In this document: positions 27,950 to 41,020 of the stretch, piece by piece
How positions within the stretch are numbered: the stretch's first letter is position 1
Layout: the number at the start of each line of letters is the position of its first letter
NCBI GenBank assembly: GCA_034780895.1
Contig: JAUZTB010000127.1
Location: forward strand, 21,349,115-21,413,114
Reading direction: 5' to 3'
Source: Rhynchobatus australiae
Taxonomy: Eukaryota
Length of the DNA stretch: 64,000 bases
Position numbers and translations under genes: made by a program
Notes under the pieces: model-generated
Database searches by the model: none
What the model was told of the DNA's origin: nothing
The model's input: the letters and a program-made list of their open reading frames with translations, nothing else

Positions 27950-29520
27950 TGTTCAATTCTGTATTATTAGCATTCTGCAACTCAGTAAAATTCAATGGAC
28001 GTGTAGATTAATGAAGAAAAACCAGTATAGTTTTGTTAAAGATGTCAGAGGGTTAATGATGGCAATGTCCCTTCAAAACATGTGGGATACCGTCACACAT
28101 TATGGGTTTATGAGCATGACTGAAACCCATGAACAGGGAAGGGGAATTGGAAGAGGATACAACATGATTTGGGGACAAAAACAGACCACAAGTCTACAAT
28201 TCATTTTCAAGCCAGAGGAGTTTCTCATGGGACAGTAGACCACTTCTGAGTACACATTGGGCAGAATTACACTGGGCATGACCAATAGTTCTGTTGGCAT
28301 GTGTTGAGTTCAGGATTTACTAACAAACTCAGAATCTACTCAGCATAATACTGGGAAATTGCTACTCAGATCCTGCACCGGGTCAAACCAGGATCCACTG
28401 AGTTCAAAAGGGATTCTGGGCCTGTAGACAAAAGGAAAGGTAATTTTTATCCATTATTTTGTTTTAGTTTAATGCTTTCAAAACATTTCCAATTCCTTTA
28501 ATATTTCTATTTTACTAAATTCTTTAGTTATTTGCATCAATTTTAACAGGTTTTTAAATATGCTGAACTGGAGGCTGTGGTGGGCCAGTGAAATGAGGCC
28601 TTTGCATATGGCCCAGGAAATCTCAGGCATGCAAAAACCATGAGCAATAATATCCTGCAACAGGACCAGTTCAGCACAGTCTGACCCTTTAATAACTTGG
28701 ACTTGGATGTACTGGGCACAAGTTTTGTAGGTGATATAAAATTTGGAAATGCAATAAACGGTGAGGAAGATGGTGATTCAAATATACATTAAGAAGTCAG
28801 TAGAACAGGCAGGCCTATGCTAAATGAAATTTAATATGGAGAAGTACAAAATGATCTATACTGGTAGGAATAATGAGGGAAGGCAATAGAATCCAAAGGA
28901 TACAATTTTAAACAGGATCCAGGAACTGAAGGTATATTTGAATAAACCTTTAAAGGTGGTAGGACAAGTTGAAAAACAGGTAAAAACATACCACACTCTG
29001 GGCTTTGCAAATATTATCAAAAGAGGAAAAAAAAGAAAGTCATGTTGAAACTTAAAGTTTCAGCTTCAAGAGGAATATTGTGCCCAATTCTAAACACCAA
29101 ACTTTGCAAAGAACATGAAGGCTGGATACATAAAAAATTAACTGGAAATGTTCTGAGAAATGAGGAATTTCATTTACAAAGATAAACCAAAGTGTAATTC
29201 TTCTCATAGCAGAGGAAGTTGCTCAGTGTGCATTGTCATAAAAAGCCCTAAACAATGTAAATAAATAGAAGCAGTCTCATTGATAGAAGGGTAGAGAACT
29301 AAGGGATATAAATTTAAGGTTACTGGCAAAAAAACCAAAAGGTAACATGGAAACAAACTCTTTTGTTAAAACACGGTAAGTAACGAGGATCTAAAATATA
29401 AACTCATTTCAAAAATAAATTCAATAAAGTACTTGAAAGGAAACAACTGCCCTTACAGAGTTGGGACTAGCTTGATGGCCAAATAGCTTCCTCCTCTACT
29501 GCAACGATTCTGAGTGTAAA
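27950..29520 (+). mobile_element. Old, highly decayed CR1-type LINE
   Basis: Remnants of QHGFVK, FQKAFDKVPH-like and KFADDTK-like motifs and the 3' end. Confidence 0.65.
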
Positions 29521-29552
29521 CTCAAAAATTCTGATTCCAAAATTGAACACAC

Positions 29553-29821
29553 CTGTTAAATAAGCTTCAATGTCAAAGGAGACAATCCAGTCATTTTTGC
29601 TGCTTTCAACTGTGACTTGCAACCATTTCATCCAAGGCGGAGAATCCAGTATCTTTCTGCAATTTACACTTTCATTGCAATTTACAATCTTCAAGTAAGA
29701 ATTAGGTAATGAATTTGATCCTATAAGTAGACGGACAGGACAAGCTTCCACAGCGTGGTTGTTGATAGTGCAGTTTGTTAGCTGAATGACAAGTTCTGCA
29801 GTATTTTCAGGAATAAAAATT
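29553..29821 (-). CDS. PGAP6: PGAP6 exon 5 (after an 86-nt intron)
   Basis: cccttcag|..IFIPENTAELVIQLTNC...ACPVRL...SPPWMKWLQVTVES..YLT G|gtgtgt. Confidence 0.92.
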
Positions 29822-29907
29822 CTGAAGGGAACCAAAGCAGACAGTGTATTTGTGTTCAATTTAGATCATTTAAAATTTACAATCTAAGGATGCCAACCAG
29901 GACTTAC

Positions 29908-30041
29908 TTCAAGTGTGCAACTGGATGAAGAAGAGAAACAGTCATCCGAAGTGAAGTATTTGGTTCAAGAACAGGCACATTAATCAATCGCTGAACAAAC
30001 ATCTGTGGCTGAAATATGTAGGAGCACTTGACAGAGAAGCC
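29908..30041 (-). CDS. PGAP6: PGAP6 exon 4
   Basis: ctccacag|GFSVKCSYIFQPQMFVQRLINVPVLEP...|gtaagt. Phase consistent. Confidence 0.92.
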
Positions 30042-31458
30042 CTGTGGAGAAAAATAAATGTTTACACCTGTAAATCTGATGTAGTCAAATATTAATAATT
30101 GAATGTAGTTACAGATTTGATGGCTCAAGGGTTAAACTACTGAAATCATAATTCAAAGGCTAGGATTAATAATTCTGAGAACATTGGTTCAATCTAAATG
30201 GCAAGTTAAAAATCAGAAATCTGGAAGTGGAAAAAAATCTGTAAAAGGACAATTGCAATCTCACAGTTGTTGACTTCTAAACTTGCTCTTAAAGGTGCTA
30301 AAGCAAATTATTGCAAAGCAGTACCACCATTAATTTTTCAGAACAAAGTCATTAAATTATTGGTGATCCTGCCAGCTTGCCCATTAAAATACTGTATGCC
30401 AATATTTTCTCCCACCAGAGTCATTATGGAGCAGTACATTTTAAGAAAATATAATCTTAATACAATGCACTTCATTATGTCACAGTCTCAAATATGCCAT
30501 GGATCCTACCACATTCCCCTAAGAGGCAGACAGCGTTGCATTCTCTGGAATTAATAACTTCAAGATTGCATTAGATTTATAATTGGATATTAGTGCATTA
30601 AATGACAGAGTCAGCAGAATCAGTGCCTGGGGGACCCACACCCAAATGAATCTGTGAGACCCATAAGCCAGAGAGAGTCAATGTCAGAACTGTACCCCAG
30701 GGTGAGCTGGTGTGCTTTTTTATTGCAGGGTCACAAAGAAGCAATGATATTCCCAGCAGAATGCAACAGATCTTTGTTTGTGCAAGTCCCTCTGACAATG
30801 GTATTACTGAGAAGAGAGCAATAGATTCTAGAAAAGAATCAGCAATCTACCACTGGCATTCTGATCTAAAAATAATCAGCGTGGGATACAACAATAGAGA
30901 TTGAGTTGAGAGAATGGGGCGAATTTTGGGAAAACCTGTTCAAATTCTGTATGGGTGCATCTATAGAAAAAGAATTCCAAAACTAGGTAACTATCAGTTT
31001 CACTTCTAACACAAGTGTTAAATTGCACCTCGATGCCAGTGATACGTCGAGACTGCACTCTTATATTTTGGTGCTTAGAAAGTATGCCAAGTCCTCTGTT
31101 AGAATACGAGTCGCACAACAAAACAAAATGGCAAAACAAATTGAAAAACTATACGAGTATGGCAAGTTTTTAAGTATGCAACATAGTGCAATGGGATGAT
31201 GAATCAACATGCAAGGCCATAATTATTCTTTAAAAACTCAGTAAAGTGCTTAGTCATTGAGTATGTATAAAAAAAATCTTCTCCACAAGAGGAAAGGAAA
31301 AACAACTCTACAGATTTTAATGCCAAAACAGAATAAGCAGGAAATACTTTGAGCAAAATTGTCAATGAGAATCTCAAGCTGAAAGAATCATTCCAAGAGT
31401 CAACTTTAATTATTCCAACATTAATGCTATGGTTTTCAGACAAAACTGCATACTATAC

Positions 31459-31663
31459 CTTTACTTCAATTTTGCCATCATCTTTTGGTAGGTGTGCAGC
31501 TACAAACCAGTCACCTGGAACAGGTTTGGAAATGTTTAAGAAAGTATTGGTCTGATCGCTGGACAATGGTATAGTGAGGTTAAATGAAGGGAGAGCAACT
31601 GTGTTTATTCCAAACTTGGTTTGTAAAGGATTGATTACTGGAGGGGCACCTGCCCGAAAATGG
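31459..31663 (-). CDS. PGAP6: PGAP6 exon 3
   Basis: ttaacag| ... |gtatag. Translates HFRAGAPPVINPL...PVPGDWFVAAHLPKDDGKIEVK (conserved GAPPVINP and PGDWFVAAHLP motifs). Phase consistent. Confidence 0.95.
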
Positions 31664-31956
31664 CTGTTAAAAAAATGAAGTAAATTAGATCAAAAAGTAT
31701 TGTGCAAAAAAACTATTTATGCTTGATAATATATGTTGACCAATTATGAAGCTGTATACGTAAAGTAGAGGTTTACGAAATTACAGAGAATAGCCTTGAA
31801 TTATATATCTACATAAAATACAATTTTAATTATTAATATTGTGAATTCATCCCTCAGTCAGCCCTTTCAAATTTATTGGTTATACTTCATTGTTACTGAA
31901 TAATTTGGACCTTTTAAAACATTATTTTATATCCAAGTTTGCAAAATTTTACATAC

Positions 31957-32134
31957 ACAGTAACATTAATATTTTGGCATTCCGGTCCCTTTCCTTTTGA
32001 GGCTTGTAAAATCCATCTCATTAGCACAGTATTTTCCGGCACTCGGAAGACAAATAGACGTGCACTTCCATACCAACTATACAAAGAAAGTTTTTGCGGA
32101 GCTTGAGAGTAATATTCAGATACATAGGTTGGGC
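31957..32134 (-). CDS. PGAP6: PGAP6 exon 2
   Basis: Acceptor ttttaatag|, donor |gtatgt. Translates ..YVSEYYSQAPQKLSLYSWYGSARLFVFRVPENTVLMRWILQ.., matching the TMEM8A N-terminus as I recall it (SQAPQRLSFYSWYGSARLFRFRVP). Confidence 0.95.
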
Positions 32135-33169
32135 CTATTAAAACAAGGAAAACAATTTATATGCACAAGTGGTTTAGATAATTTAAAATACACAGATATA
32201 CAAGTAGTATTAACAAAATAGCAAAGTTTTTCACNNNNNNNNNNNNNNNNNNNNNNNNNNNNNNNNNNNNNNNNNNNNNNNNNNNNNNNNNNNNNNNNNN
32301 NNNNNNNNNNNNNNNNNNNNNNNNNNNNNNNNNNNNNNNNNNNNNNNNNNNNNNNNNNNNNNNNNNNNNNNNNNNNNNNNNNNNNNNNNNNNNNNNNNNN
32401 NNNNNNNNNNNNNNNNNNNNNNNNNNNNNNNNNNNNNNNNNNNNNNNNNNNNNNNNNNNNNNNNNNNNNNNNNNNNNNNNNNNNNNNNNNNNNNNNNNNN
32501 NNNNNNNNNNNNNNNNNNNNNNNNNNNNNNNNNNNNNNNNNNNNNNNNNNNNNNNNNNNNNNNNNNNNNNNNNNNNNNNNNNNNNNNNNNNNNNNNNNNN
32601 NNNNNNNNNNNNNNNNNNNNNNNNNNNNNNNNNNNNNNNNNNNNNNNNNNNNNNNNNNNNNNNNNNNNNNNNNNNNNNNNNNNNNNNNNNNNNNNNNNNN
32701 NNNNNNNNNNNNNNNNNNNNNNNNNNNNNNNNNNNNNNNNNNNNNNNNNNNNNNNNNNNNNNNNNNNNNNNNNNNNNNNNNNNNNNNNNNNNNNNNNNNN
32801 NNNNNNNNNNNNNNNNNNNNNNNNNNNNNNNNNNNNNNNNNNNNNNNNNNNNNNNNNNNNNNNNNNNNNNNNNNNNNNNNNNNNNNNNNNNNNNNNNNNN
32901 NNNNNNNNNNNNNNNNNNNNNNNNNNNNNNNNNNNNNNNNNNNNNNNNNNNNNNNNNNNNNNNNNNNNNNNNNNNNNNCAAAGGGGAAGTTTAAAAAAAT
33001 GTTTATTTTATAATTTTAAAAATGCCTTAGATTTTACGAAGAAACCAAAATACATGCCCAATAGAATACAAATACACCAGTTATATAGAGCAGGTAACAA
33101 TCCACAACATAGCAAAGAAAATCTTTTTTGCACTGCACTCATATTTTAGAAAACTATTACAATAACACA

Positions 33170-34420
33170 CAAATATATGCATTCTATACAACTAGGATCC
33201 CAATATCATTGGCAGCCTTTCAGATCATTTTGCATTACCCCTTCCCAACTCTTTCTCCAGTACATCGACAACTGCATCGGTGCTGCATTGGTGCTGGACT
33301 CGTCAATTTTATCACTTTTGCTACTAACTTCCTTCCTGCCCTCAAATTCACTTGAACCATTCTGACACCTCTCCTTTCTCTGAATCGGTCTGTCTCCATC
33401 TCAGAAGACAAATTATCTATTGATATCTACTATAAACCCACCAACTCCCACAGCTATCCTGACTACACCTCCTCCCAGCAGTCTCCTGCAAGGACGCCAT
33501 CCCTTTCTCTGTTTCTCCATCACATCTGTTCTTAAGATGAGGCTTTCCATTCCAGAATATCTGAAATGTCCATTTTCAAGAACCACGGCTTCCCCTCTAC
33601 CATAGCTGAAGAGCCCTCACTCGCATTTCCCGGATGTCTGCTCTTACCACCCCCCACGCACCCCAGACAGAAGGCACCCATGCATCTTCACCTTTCACCC
33701 CACAAGCCTCTGCATCCAGCATACCATCCATTGCCATATCTATGAGCTGTGATGTGATTTCACCACCAGCTTCATCTACCCTTCTCCCTCACTTTCCTGT
33801 CTTCTGGAGAAACTACTCTCTCTGTGACTCACTGGTTCACTCATCCCTCCCCAGGCACCCCTCACCATCCCCTGGCACTTTCCCCTGCAACTGTCATAGA
33901 TGCAGTACTTCTCTCAACACCTCCTCCCTCACCACCACACAGGGACCTAAATAGCCCTTCCAGGTGAGGCAGAGATTCACAGGCACCTCATCCAACATTA
34001 TCTCTTGCATTCAGTGCTGTCAATGTGGCCTCCTCTACATCAGTGAGACCAAGAGTAGACTAGGTGACCGTTTTGTGGATCACATGGTCCACCTCCAACG
34101 GCTATCATGAGCTTCAGATTGCACGCGTCATTTCAACTCCCTTTCCCATTCCCACACTGACCTGTCTGTCCTCAGCCTTCTCAACTGCTATGGTGAGGTC
34201 AAACGTAAACTAGAAAACAACTCTTCATCTTCCATTTAGGTAGACTACAACCCAATGGTACCAACACTGAATTTGTCAAGTTCAGATAACCCACACACCC
34301 ATGTTCCTTTCCTACTGATCTACCTAGGTTCACTCCCCCTTTATTCACCTTTTCCATCCCACCACCATATTTATTACCCTCCCCTACCTGGCTGTCTGTT
34401 TTTCCCTTGGCTGTGGCATG
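33170..34420 (+). mobile_element. Penelope-like retroelement, degenerate
   Basis: YIDNCIGAA (RT YIDD-like), IYYKPTNSHSYPDY and GIY-YIG-like LYISETK region. Homologous to 25700-27567. Confidence 0.88.
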
Positions 34421-34649
34421 GACAGAGACTAAATTAGATTTGTGGGGAAAAATGGACATGGGTTTGATAATTGATCAGAGATAACAAAGTTGAGAAATAA
34501 ATAGGAAAGGGAAGCAAAAACATATGCATCTCTTCAAACACCCTCTTCTTTTGGAGCAAAGGTTCCTAATGTTTCCTTTATACTTTGTCTCACTCAGAGA
34601 GAAAGCATTCAATAAGAAGCCACATGAACCGTTACTGCACAAGAGTCCA

Positions 34650-35820
34650 CAAATTAGGGGGCAATATAGTAGTATTGATAGGGGAGTGAAAACAAAGAGA
34701 GTCAGAATATCAATGGGTCATTTTTGGACTGGCAATCAGTAACTAGTGGGGTGCCAACACAGATCAGTGTTGGGGCCTCAATTATTTACAACCTATNNNN
34801 NNNNNNGAAGGACTGAGAATACTACAGCCAAATTTGCTGATGATACAAAGATAAATAGGACAACAAGCTGTGAGAAGTCACTACAAGCCTTCAAAAGGAT
34901 TATAGATTAGTTAAGTGAGGAGGCAAGAAGCTGACTGATGGAATATAATTGGTATTGGCTTATTATTGTCACTTGTACCGAGGTACAGTGAAAAACTTGC
35001 ATACCATTCATACAGATCAATGAGAGATGCAAGGTTATCCACTTGGGATAGGAGAATGAAAAGCAAACTATTATTTAAACAGTGAGGGACCAGTAAACGT
35101 TACAGTACAGAAAAGATCGGGGAGTCCTTGTACATGAAACAATATTGCAGGGCATTGGCAAGATCACAGTTGGAATTTTGGAATACAGTGTAGTTTTGTT
35201 CTCCATATTTAAGGAAGGACATACATACGTTGGAGGCAGTGCAGAGAAGGTTCACCAGCTTGATTCCTGGAATGAAGGGGCTCGTGTGCTAAGAATGTGT
35301 GAACTGGTTTGGCCTATTCACATTAGAAAAAGAAAGGGAGGTAATCTTACTGAAGCACAAAGATTCTGATGAAGTTTGACAAGGTGGATGCTGAGAAGAG
35401 CATTTCTCTGTGAACTAGGGGGGCATAGTTGCTGAATAAGTGATTGCCCATTTCAGGGAGAAAGGACAGAATTTCTCCTCTCAGAAGGGCATGCATCTTT
35501 GGAATTCTCTAGCACAGAGAGTTGCGGAGGCAGAGNNNNNNNNNNNNNNNNNNNNNNNNNNNNNNNNNNNNNNNNNNNNNNNNNNNNNNNNNNNNNNNNN
35601 NNNNNNNNNNNNNNNNNNNNNNNNNNNNNNNNNNNAGTCACTGAAAACATTCAAAGTGGAGATTGACAGACATTTAAACCAAAAAAGGCAATCAAGGAAT
35701 ATGAAGAGAGTGCAGAGGTGTGGTTTGAGGCCAAGGCTAGATCAACCATCATCTTATTGAATGGTAGAGAAGGCTCAAGGGACCCTCTGGCCCTAATCCT
35801 GATCTTGGTTCTTCTGTTGT
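34650..35820 (+). mobile_element. CR1-type LINE fragment with a nested short insertion
   Basis: SGVP.GSVLGP.LF, AKFADDTK, VQRRFT motifs plus 3'UTR. Confidence 0.85.
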
Positions 35821-35839
35821 CTTTTTTGGCAACACTCCT

Positions 35840-36760
35840 CTCATAGCATTCTTGCCCTCAATGTCAAGAAAACAAAAGAGCTGGTCATTGACTTCAGGAA
35901 AGAGAGCAGTGTACATGCACCCATCAACATCAATGGTGCTGAGGATGAAAGCTTCAAGTTCCTGGGAGTGAACATTACCAACAGCCTGTCCTGGTCAACT
36001 CAAGTAAAGTCACAGCCAAGAAAGCTCACCAGCACCTCTACTTCCTCAGGAGGCTAAAGAAATTCCATTTGTCCCCTTTGACTCTCACCAAATTTTACAG
36101 ATGCACCATAGAAAGCATCCTATCTGGATGCATCACGGCTTGGNNNNNNNNNNNNNNNNNNNNNNNNNNNNNNNNNNNNNNNNNNNNNNNNNNNNNNNNN
36201 NNNNNNNNNNNNNNNNNNNNNNNNNNNNNNNNNNNNNNNNNNNNNNNNNNNNNNNNNNNNNNNNNNNNNNNNNNNNNNNNNNNNNNNNNNNNNNNNNNNN
36301 NNNNNNNNNNNNNNNNNNNNNNNNNNNNNNNNNNNNNNNNNNNNNNNNNNNNNNNNNNNNNNNNNNNNNNNNNNNNNNNNNNNNNNNNNNNNNNNNNNNN
36401 NNNNNNNNNNNNNNNNNNNNNNNNNNNNNNNNNNNNNNNNNNNNNNNNNNNNNNNNNNNNNNNNNNNNNNNNNNNNNNNNNNNNNNNNNNNNNNNNNNNN
36501 NNNNNNNNNNNNNNNNNNNNNNNNNNNNNNNNNNNNNNNNNNNNNNNNNNNNNNNNNNNNNNNNNNNNNNNNNNNNNNNNNNNNNNNNNNNNNNNNNNNN
36601 NNNNNNNNNNNACCCAGGACATTCTCTCTTCTCTCCTCTTCCATCAGGTAGAAGATACAGGAGCCTGAAGGCACATACCACCAGACTTAAGAACAGCTTC
36701 TACCCCTCTATGATAAGATTATTGAATGGTTCCCTTATACAATGAGATGGACTGAAAATG
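35840..36760 (+). mobile_element. Rex1/Babar-type LINE 3' fragment
   Basis: KTKELVIDFRK..FKFLGV..LYFLRRLKKF..FYRCTIESILSGCITAW...HSLFSPLPSGRRYRSLKAHTTRLKNSFYP. Confidence 0.9.
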
Positions 36761-37719
36761 GGACAAAAACAGGCAAACTTCCCTGAAAATAACTGTACTT
36801 AAAACTTTAGCTGTTGATAATAGAGAAACAAGGACAAAGCACAGTATTGTTATGAGTGTGCATAATAGTACTGAGCCCTGAGGGCTGCAACAAGTCCAGA
36901 TGCAAGATAAGATGCTGTCAGAGGCACTTTGCAATGTTCAGGATCACTGTTAGGCTACTACTATTTGAAAAGTAATCCTGCAATCTTGTGACTTTGGTGG
37001 ACAGACTAATAGATTTTCCAATTTATTGAATGTTGCTCTTAGTAATAGCCAAAAACCCATTTTATTTCACATTTAAAAAGCATGTTACACAGCAGTATAA
37101 TACATTTTTCAGTGAACCTGGTGAGTTTAAAGGGAAACAGGAAAAATACAAGTACTCCAGTCTCTGGCTCCAACCACAAACCTACCCAGGCTCCTGACCT
37201 CCAGTGTGCCAGAGCCCAATCTCAGCCACATCTCTGACACAGTCAGGAATCCAGCCCCAGCTGCACTCTGAACCCCTGGCTCTGGCTACACAACCCACAT
37301 GCATCCTGGACCCCCAGCTCACATTTCAGACTAAGGAACATGCCAAACCATCAGATTTCCAAACAATCGGATGCCAGACTATTGGAGCTTTACTGTACAG
37401 TTCAGACAAATATGTAAAGTCATTCACCACCTATTTTTGAGGATAGAGACATGCCAGGGGCTCCAAGTTAGCCACTGGTTCTCACCACAGTCAACAGTAT
37501 AACTCTGTGGTCTCGGATCACAGTAGCCACCTCCCACTCACTCTCTCCCCTTCCCATACCCCCATCTTTTAGGTGGCCAATAGCCAACCCCCACTGGCTC
37601 AAACATCCACCCCCCTGCCCCCACAGTGCGGCCACTCACTTGCTTCCCCCTGCCAGTGTGGCCACCCCACCCACCAGTCCCACAATTCGCCAACCCCCAC
37701 TCACTCACCCCCCCTCTCC

Positions 37720-38335
37720 AGAGTGTGACCACCCTCCTCATACCTCTTCTCACGACCCCCCCACNNNNNNNNNNNNNNNNNNNNNNNNNNNNNNNNNNNN
37801 NNNNNNNNNNNNNNNNNNNNNNNNNNNNNNNNNNNNNNNNNNNNNNNNNNNNNNNNNNNNNNNNNNNNNNNNNNNNNNNNNNNNNNNNNNNNNNNNNNNN
37901 NNNNNNNNNNNNNNNNNNNNNNNNNNNNNNNNNNNNNNNNNNNNNNNNNNNNNNNNNNNNNNNNNNNNNNNNNNNNNNNNNNNNNNNNNNNNNNNNNNNN
38001 NNNNNNNNNNNNNNNNNNNNNNNNNNNNNNNNNNNNNNNNNNNNNNNNNNNNNNNNNNNNNNNNNNNNNNNNNNNNNNNNNNNNNNNNNNNNNNNNNNNN
38101 NNNNNNNNNNNNNNNNNNNNNNNNNNNNNNNNNNNNNNNNNNNNNNNNNNNNNNNNNNNNNNNNNNNNNNNNNNNNNNNNNNNNNNNNNNNNNNNNNNNN
38201 NNNNNNNNNNNNNNNNNNNNNNNNNNNNNTCTCACGACCCCCCCCCCGCCCACTGTGAGCCCCCTTCTCACGAGCCCACAACGTGACCCCCTTCTCACGA
38301 CCCCCCCCCGCCCACTGTGAGCCCCCTTCTCTCCC
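37720..38335. repeat. C/G-skewed minisatellite in PGAP6 intron 1 (mostly lost in a gap)
   Basis: Repeated ~30-35 nt unit cccactgtgagccccttctcacgacccccccccg on both sides of the gap. Confidence 0.75.
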
Positions 38336-38930
38336 CTCCCCCTTCGCTGTGTGACGAACCCCGCTCTCCCGGACCGGTCACCGAAGGACGGTTGGCACCC
38401 AGACCCCGAGCGCAGCCAGCCCGACCCCGTGTCCCGGAGGGGCCGGGGGCGATCGGTTCACCGGGGGGGGGATGAGATCCCGAGCGGACGCGCCACCGTC
38501 GGATCGGGTCGGGCAGCAGCCGCCGTGCTGACAGCGCTCCACCGATCGCTCCCTTACCAGCCAGCCGAGCGCATCCGTCCTCCAGCATCAGCCCCAGGAG
38601 GCCCAGGAACCAGCACACCCCCCGCTGCGGCACCATCGCGGTGGCGGACCGTCGCCTCGGCCTGGCCGCCGACTCCCCTCTTTCCGTGACGCCCGGCTCC
38701 CCTGACGCAGGAGGCCCTCTGACGTCGATGGGGCTGTATGACGTCACGGCGGCGTGCCGTCACCGTGGGAGCACCTGGCGCACTACGGGGGCTCACCTGA
38801 CGCACGCCTGACGCCGGGCGCTCACCTGAGCACCTGAGGGGCCGCGGAGCTTCTTGCATTTGTTCGGTGATGGAGCCTGAATTCAGGTCAAATCAGAAAT
38901 GCTGCCAGATCTGTGCAGCGTTTCCGGCGT
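38230..38930. promoter_or_regulatory. CpG island / promoter of PGAP6
   Basis: Very GC- and CpG-rich segment in an AT-rich window, spanning coding exon 1. Full CRE TGACGTCA at 38739-38746. Confidence 0.9.
38558..38636 (-). CDS. PGAP6: PGAP6/TMEM8A coding exon 1 (signal peptide MVPQRGVCWFLGLLGLMLEDGCARLA-G)
   Basis: ATG (accgcgATGG) inside the CpG island, hydrophobic signal-peptide-like stretch, donor G|gtaagg. Its 79 nt (phase 1) join exon 2 in frame. Confidence 0.85.
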
Positions 38931-40615
38931 GTTTCATTAAAACATTTCGTTCTGGGTCAATAAAAAGTCAAAGTTTAATTAAGTGCCTTTATTAACCTCA
39001 TTTATTAAATCACCTGCCACCTACATTTATTCTATAGCCCTGAAACTTAGTGGGTGGGAGGGCAACAGTGAAATCAACCAATGCCGAATGTAGAGTGGAA
39101 ATGCTTTCTGCACCTTATTCACACAAGGCCATTCAACCGGTCTGGATCTGTGAAGGTGCAGTCGGGACGTTCATCCTTGAATTTCCATGTGCCTGCTTAT
39201 ATAAGTGTTATTGGGCACTTCGTTGCCCAATGGAGTGCCCAAGGGCGGGGGGCGTGAGGAAAGGGGTCACTGTGGGCAGGGGGCATGAGGATTGGTGTCA
39301 CNNNNNNNNNNNNNNNNNNNNNNNNNNNNNNNNNNNNNNNNNNNNNNNNNNNNNNNNNNNNNNNNNNNNNNNNNNNNNNNNNNNNNNNNNNNNNNNNNNN
39401 NNNNNNNNNNNNNNNNNNNNNNNNNNNNNNNNNNNNNNNNNNNNNNNNNNNNNNNNNNNNNNNNNNNNNNNNNNNNNNNNNNNNNNNNNNNNNNNNNNNN
39501 NNNNNNNNNNNNNNNNNNNNNNNNNNNNNNNNNNNNNNNNNNNNNNNNNNNNNNNNNNNNNNNNNNNNNNNNNNNNNNNNNNNNNNNNNNNNNNNNNNNN
39601 NNNNNNNNNNNNNNNNNNNNNNNNNNNNNNNNNNNNNNNNNNNNNNNNNNNNNNNNNNNNNNNNNNNNNNNNNNNNNNNNNNNNNNTACATAATTTTGAG
39701 GCACGACTACAAGAAGACGGCAGCAAGGAATAGTACACAGATGTAGATGCTGGTAGAGGAGGGAACTGGAGTGATGGTAGCAAGTAGCTCAGAACATTTA
39801 ATATGTTTAGGAACTTAACGTCATCCCTGAAGTTCATTAGGAGTAGTGTACAAGATTCCCGTACTTCACAAGGGTGGTGTCACAGAGCAGTGTTCCATAT
39901 CACAGCATAAACCAAAAATCAGCACAAGGCATGGCTTCTGCTTCTTTTGTTGCTAGGTGACAGTTGTCCTTAAATTTCTAAGTAACAGGCCATTCAGTGG
40001 TGCAATAGGTGGTGTAAATGAAATTATATAGTTTTCTGTCTATTGTGCATCAGGGATATGATACTGTACTTTTAGTGAAATCAATCCTTATTCCCACATA
40101 GGTTGCAAAATACAGCAGGATTCCCTTGGATTCCACGCATCATGGATTGTGCACACAGTGTATTGTGTAATGAAGAGGAATATACATGATGATGTAGCGA
40201 TTTCACTTGTTGAATCTCCCACCATAGGTAGTTGTGCAGCATGTGTTCTGTGTGTTGATAGCAGTCATGATATCTCTCTGTAGCATGAACTCAACACCTG
40301 CAAGGAAGAGTGCAGTATGTCAACGGTAGATTAATGCAATGTTTTTGAGAGTGTACATGTTAGAATAGAATAGTGTGAATGGTATATGGAAGATAACGCA
40401 GATGGAGGTGGTGAGGAGAGAGGTAAGGAAGATGGTAGAACATGTAGCGTTGCCATAGGTGTGAAAGGAGGCAGAGTGATGTGTGGCACAATGAACGATC
40501 AATTGGGAATCATTGAAGGAAGATCTGGTGCACTGACTGGAAAATTTTAAGAGATGGAACCACACAGACCAAAAATAACAAAGTGCTGGAAGAATGATTT
40601 GAAGCTCCACACAAT

Positions 40616-41020
40616 GTATTGGTATTGGTTTATTATTGTCACTTGTACCGAGGTACAGTGAAAAACTTGTCTTGCATACCAATCATACAGGTNNNNNNNN
40701 NNNNNNNNNNNNNNNNNNNNNNNNNNNNNNNNNNNNNNNNNNNNNNNNNNNNNNNNNNNNNNNNNNNNNNNNNNNNNNNNNNNNNNNNNNNNCAGATGCT
40801 CCAGAGCTGAGTGTAGGGCCAGGGAGATGGCATCCGCTGTAGACCTGTTTCGGCGATAGGTGAATTGCAGTGGATCAAGATTTTCTGGGAGGCTGGAGTT
40901 GATGCATGCCGTGACCAGTCTCTCAAAGCACTTCATGATGGTGGATATCAGAGCCACTGGTCAGTAGTCATTGAGGCATGTTACCTTGCTTTTCTTCGGT
41001 ACCGGGATGATAGTGGTCTG
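40616..41020 (-). mobile_element. Rex1/Babar-type LINE pieces (3' tail and RT start) around a gap
   Basis: [36 protein letters not shown], and tail attggtattggtttattattgtcacttgtaccgaggtac. Confidence 0.85.

Noticed and set aside
28100-28440. Strong - strand acceptor (ttttgtctacag) suggesting an extra PGAP6 exon
   Set aside because: An in-phase stop follows within 20 codons, exons 5 and 6 already join in frame, and much of the segment is antisense decayed CR1.
38295-38859. Overlapping ORFs in the CpG island
   Set aside because: Expected in GC-rich DNA; only 38558-38636 fits the spliced gene.
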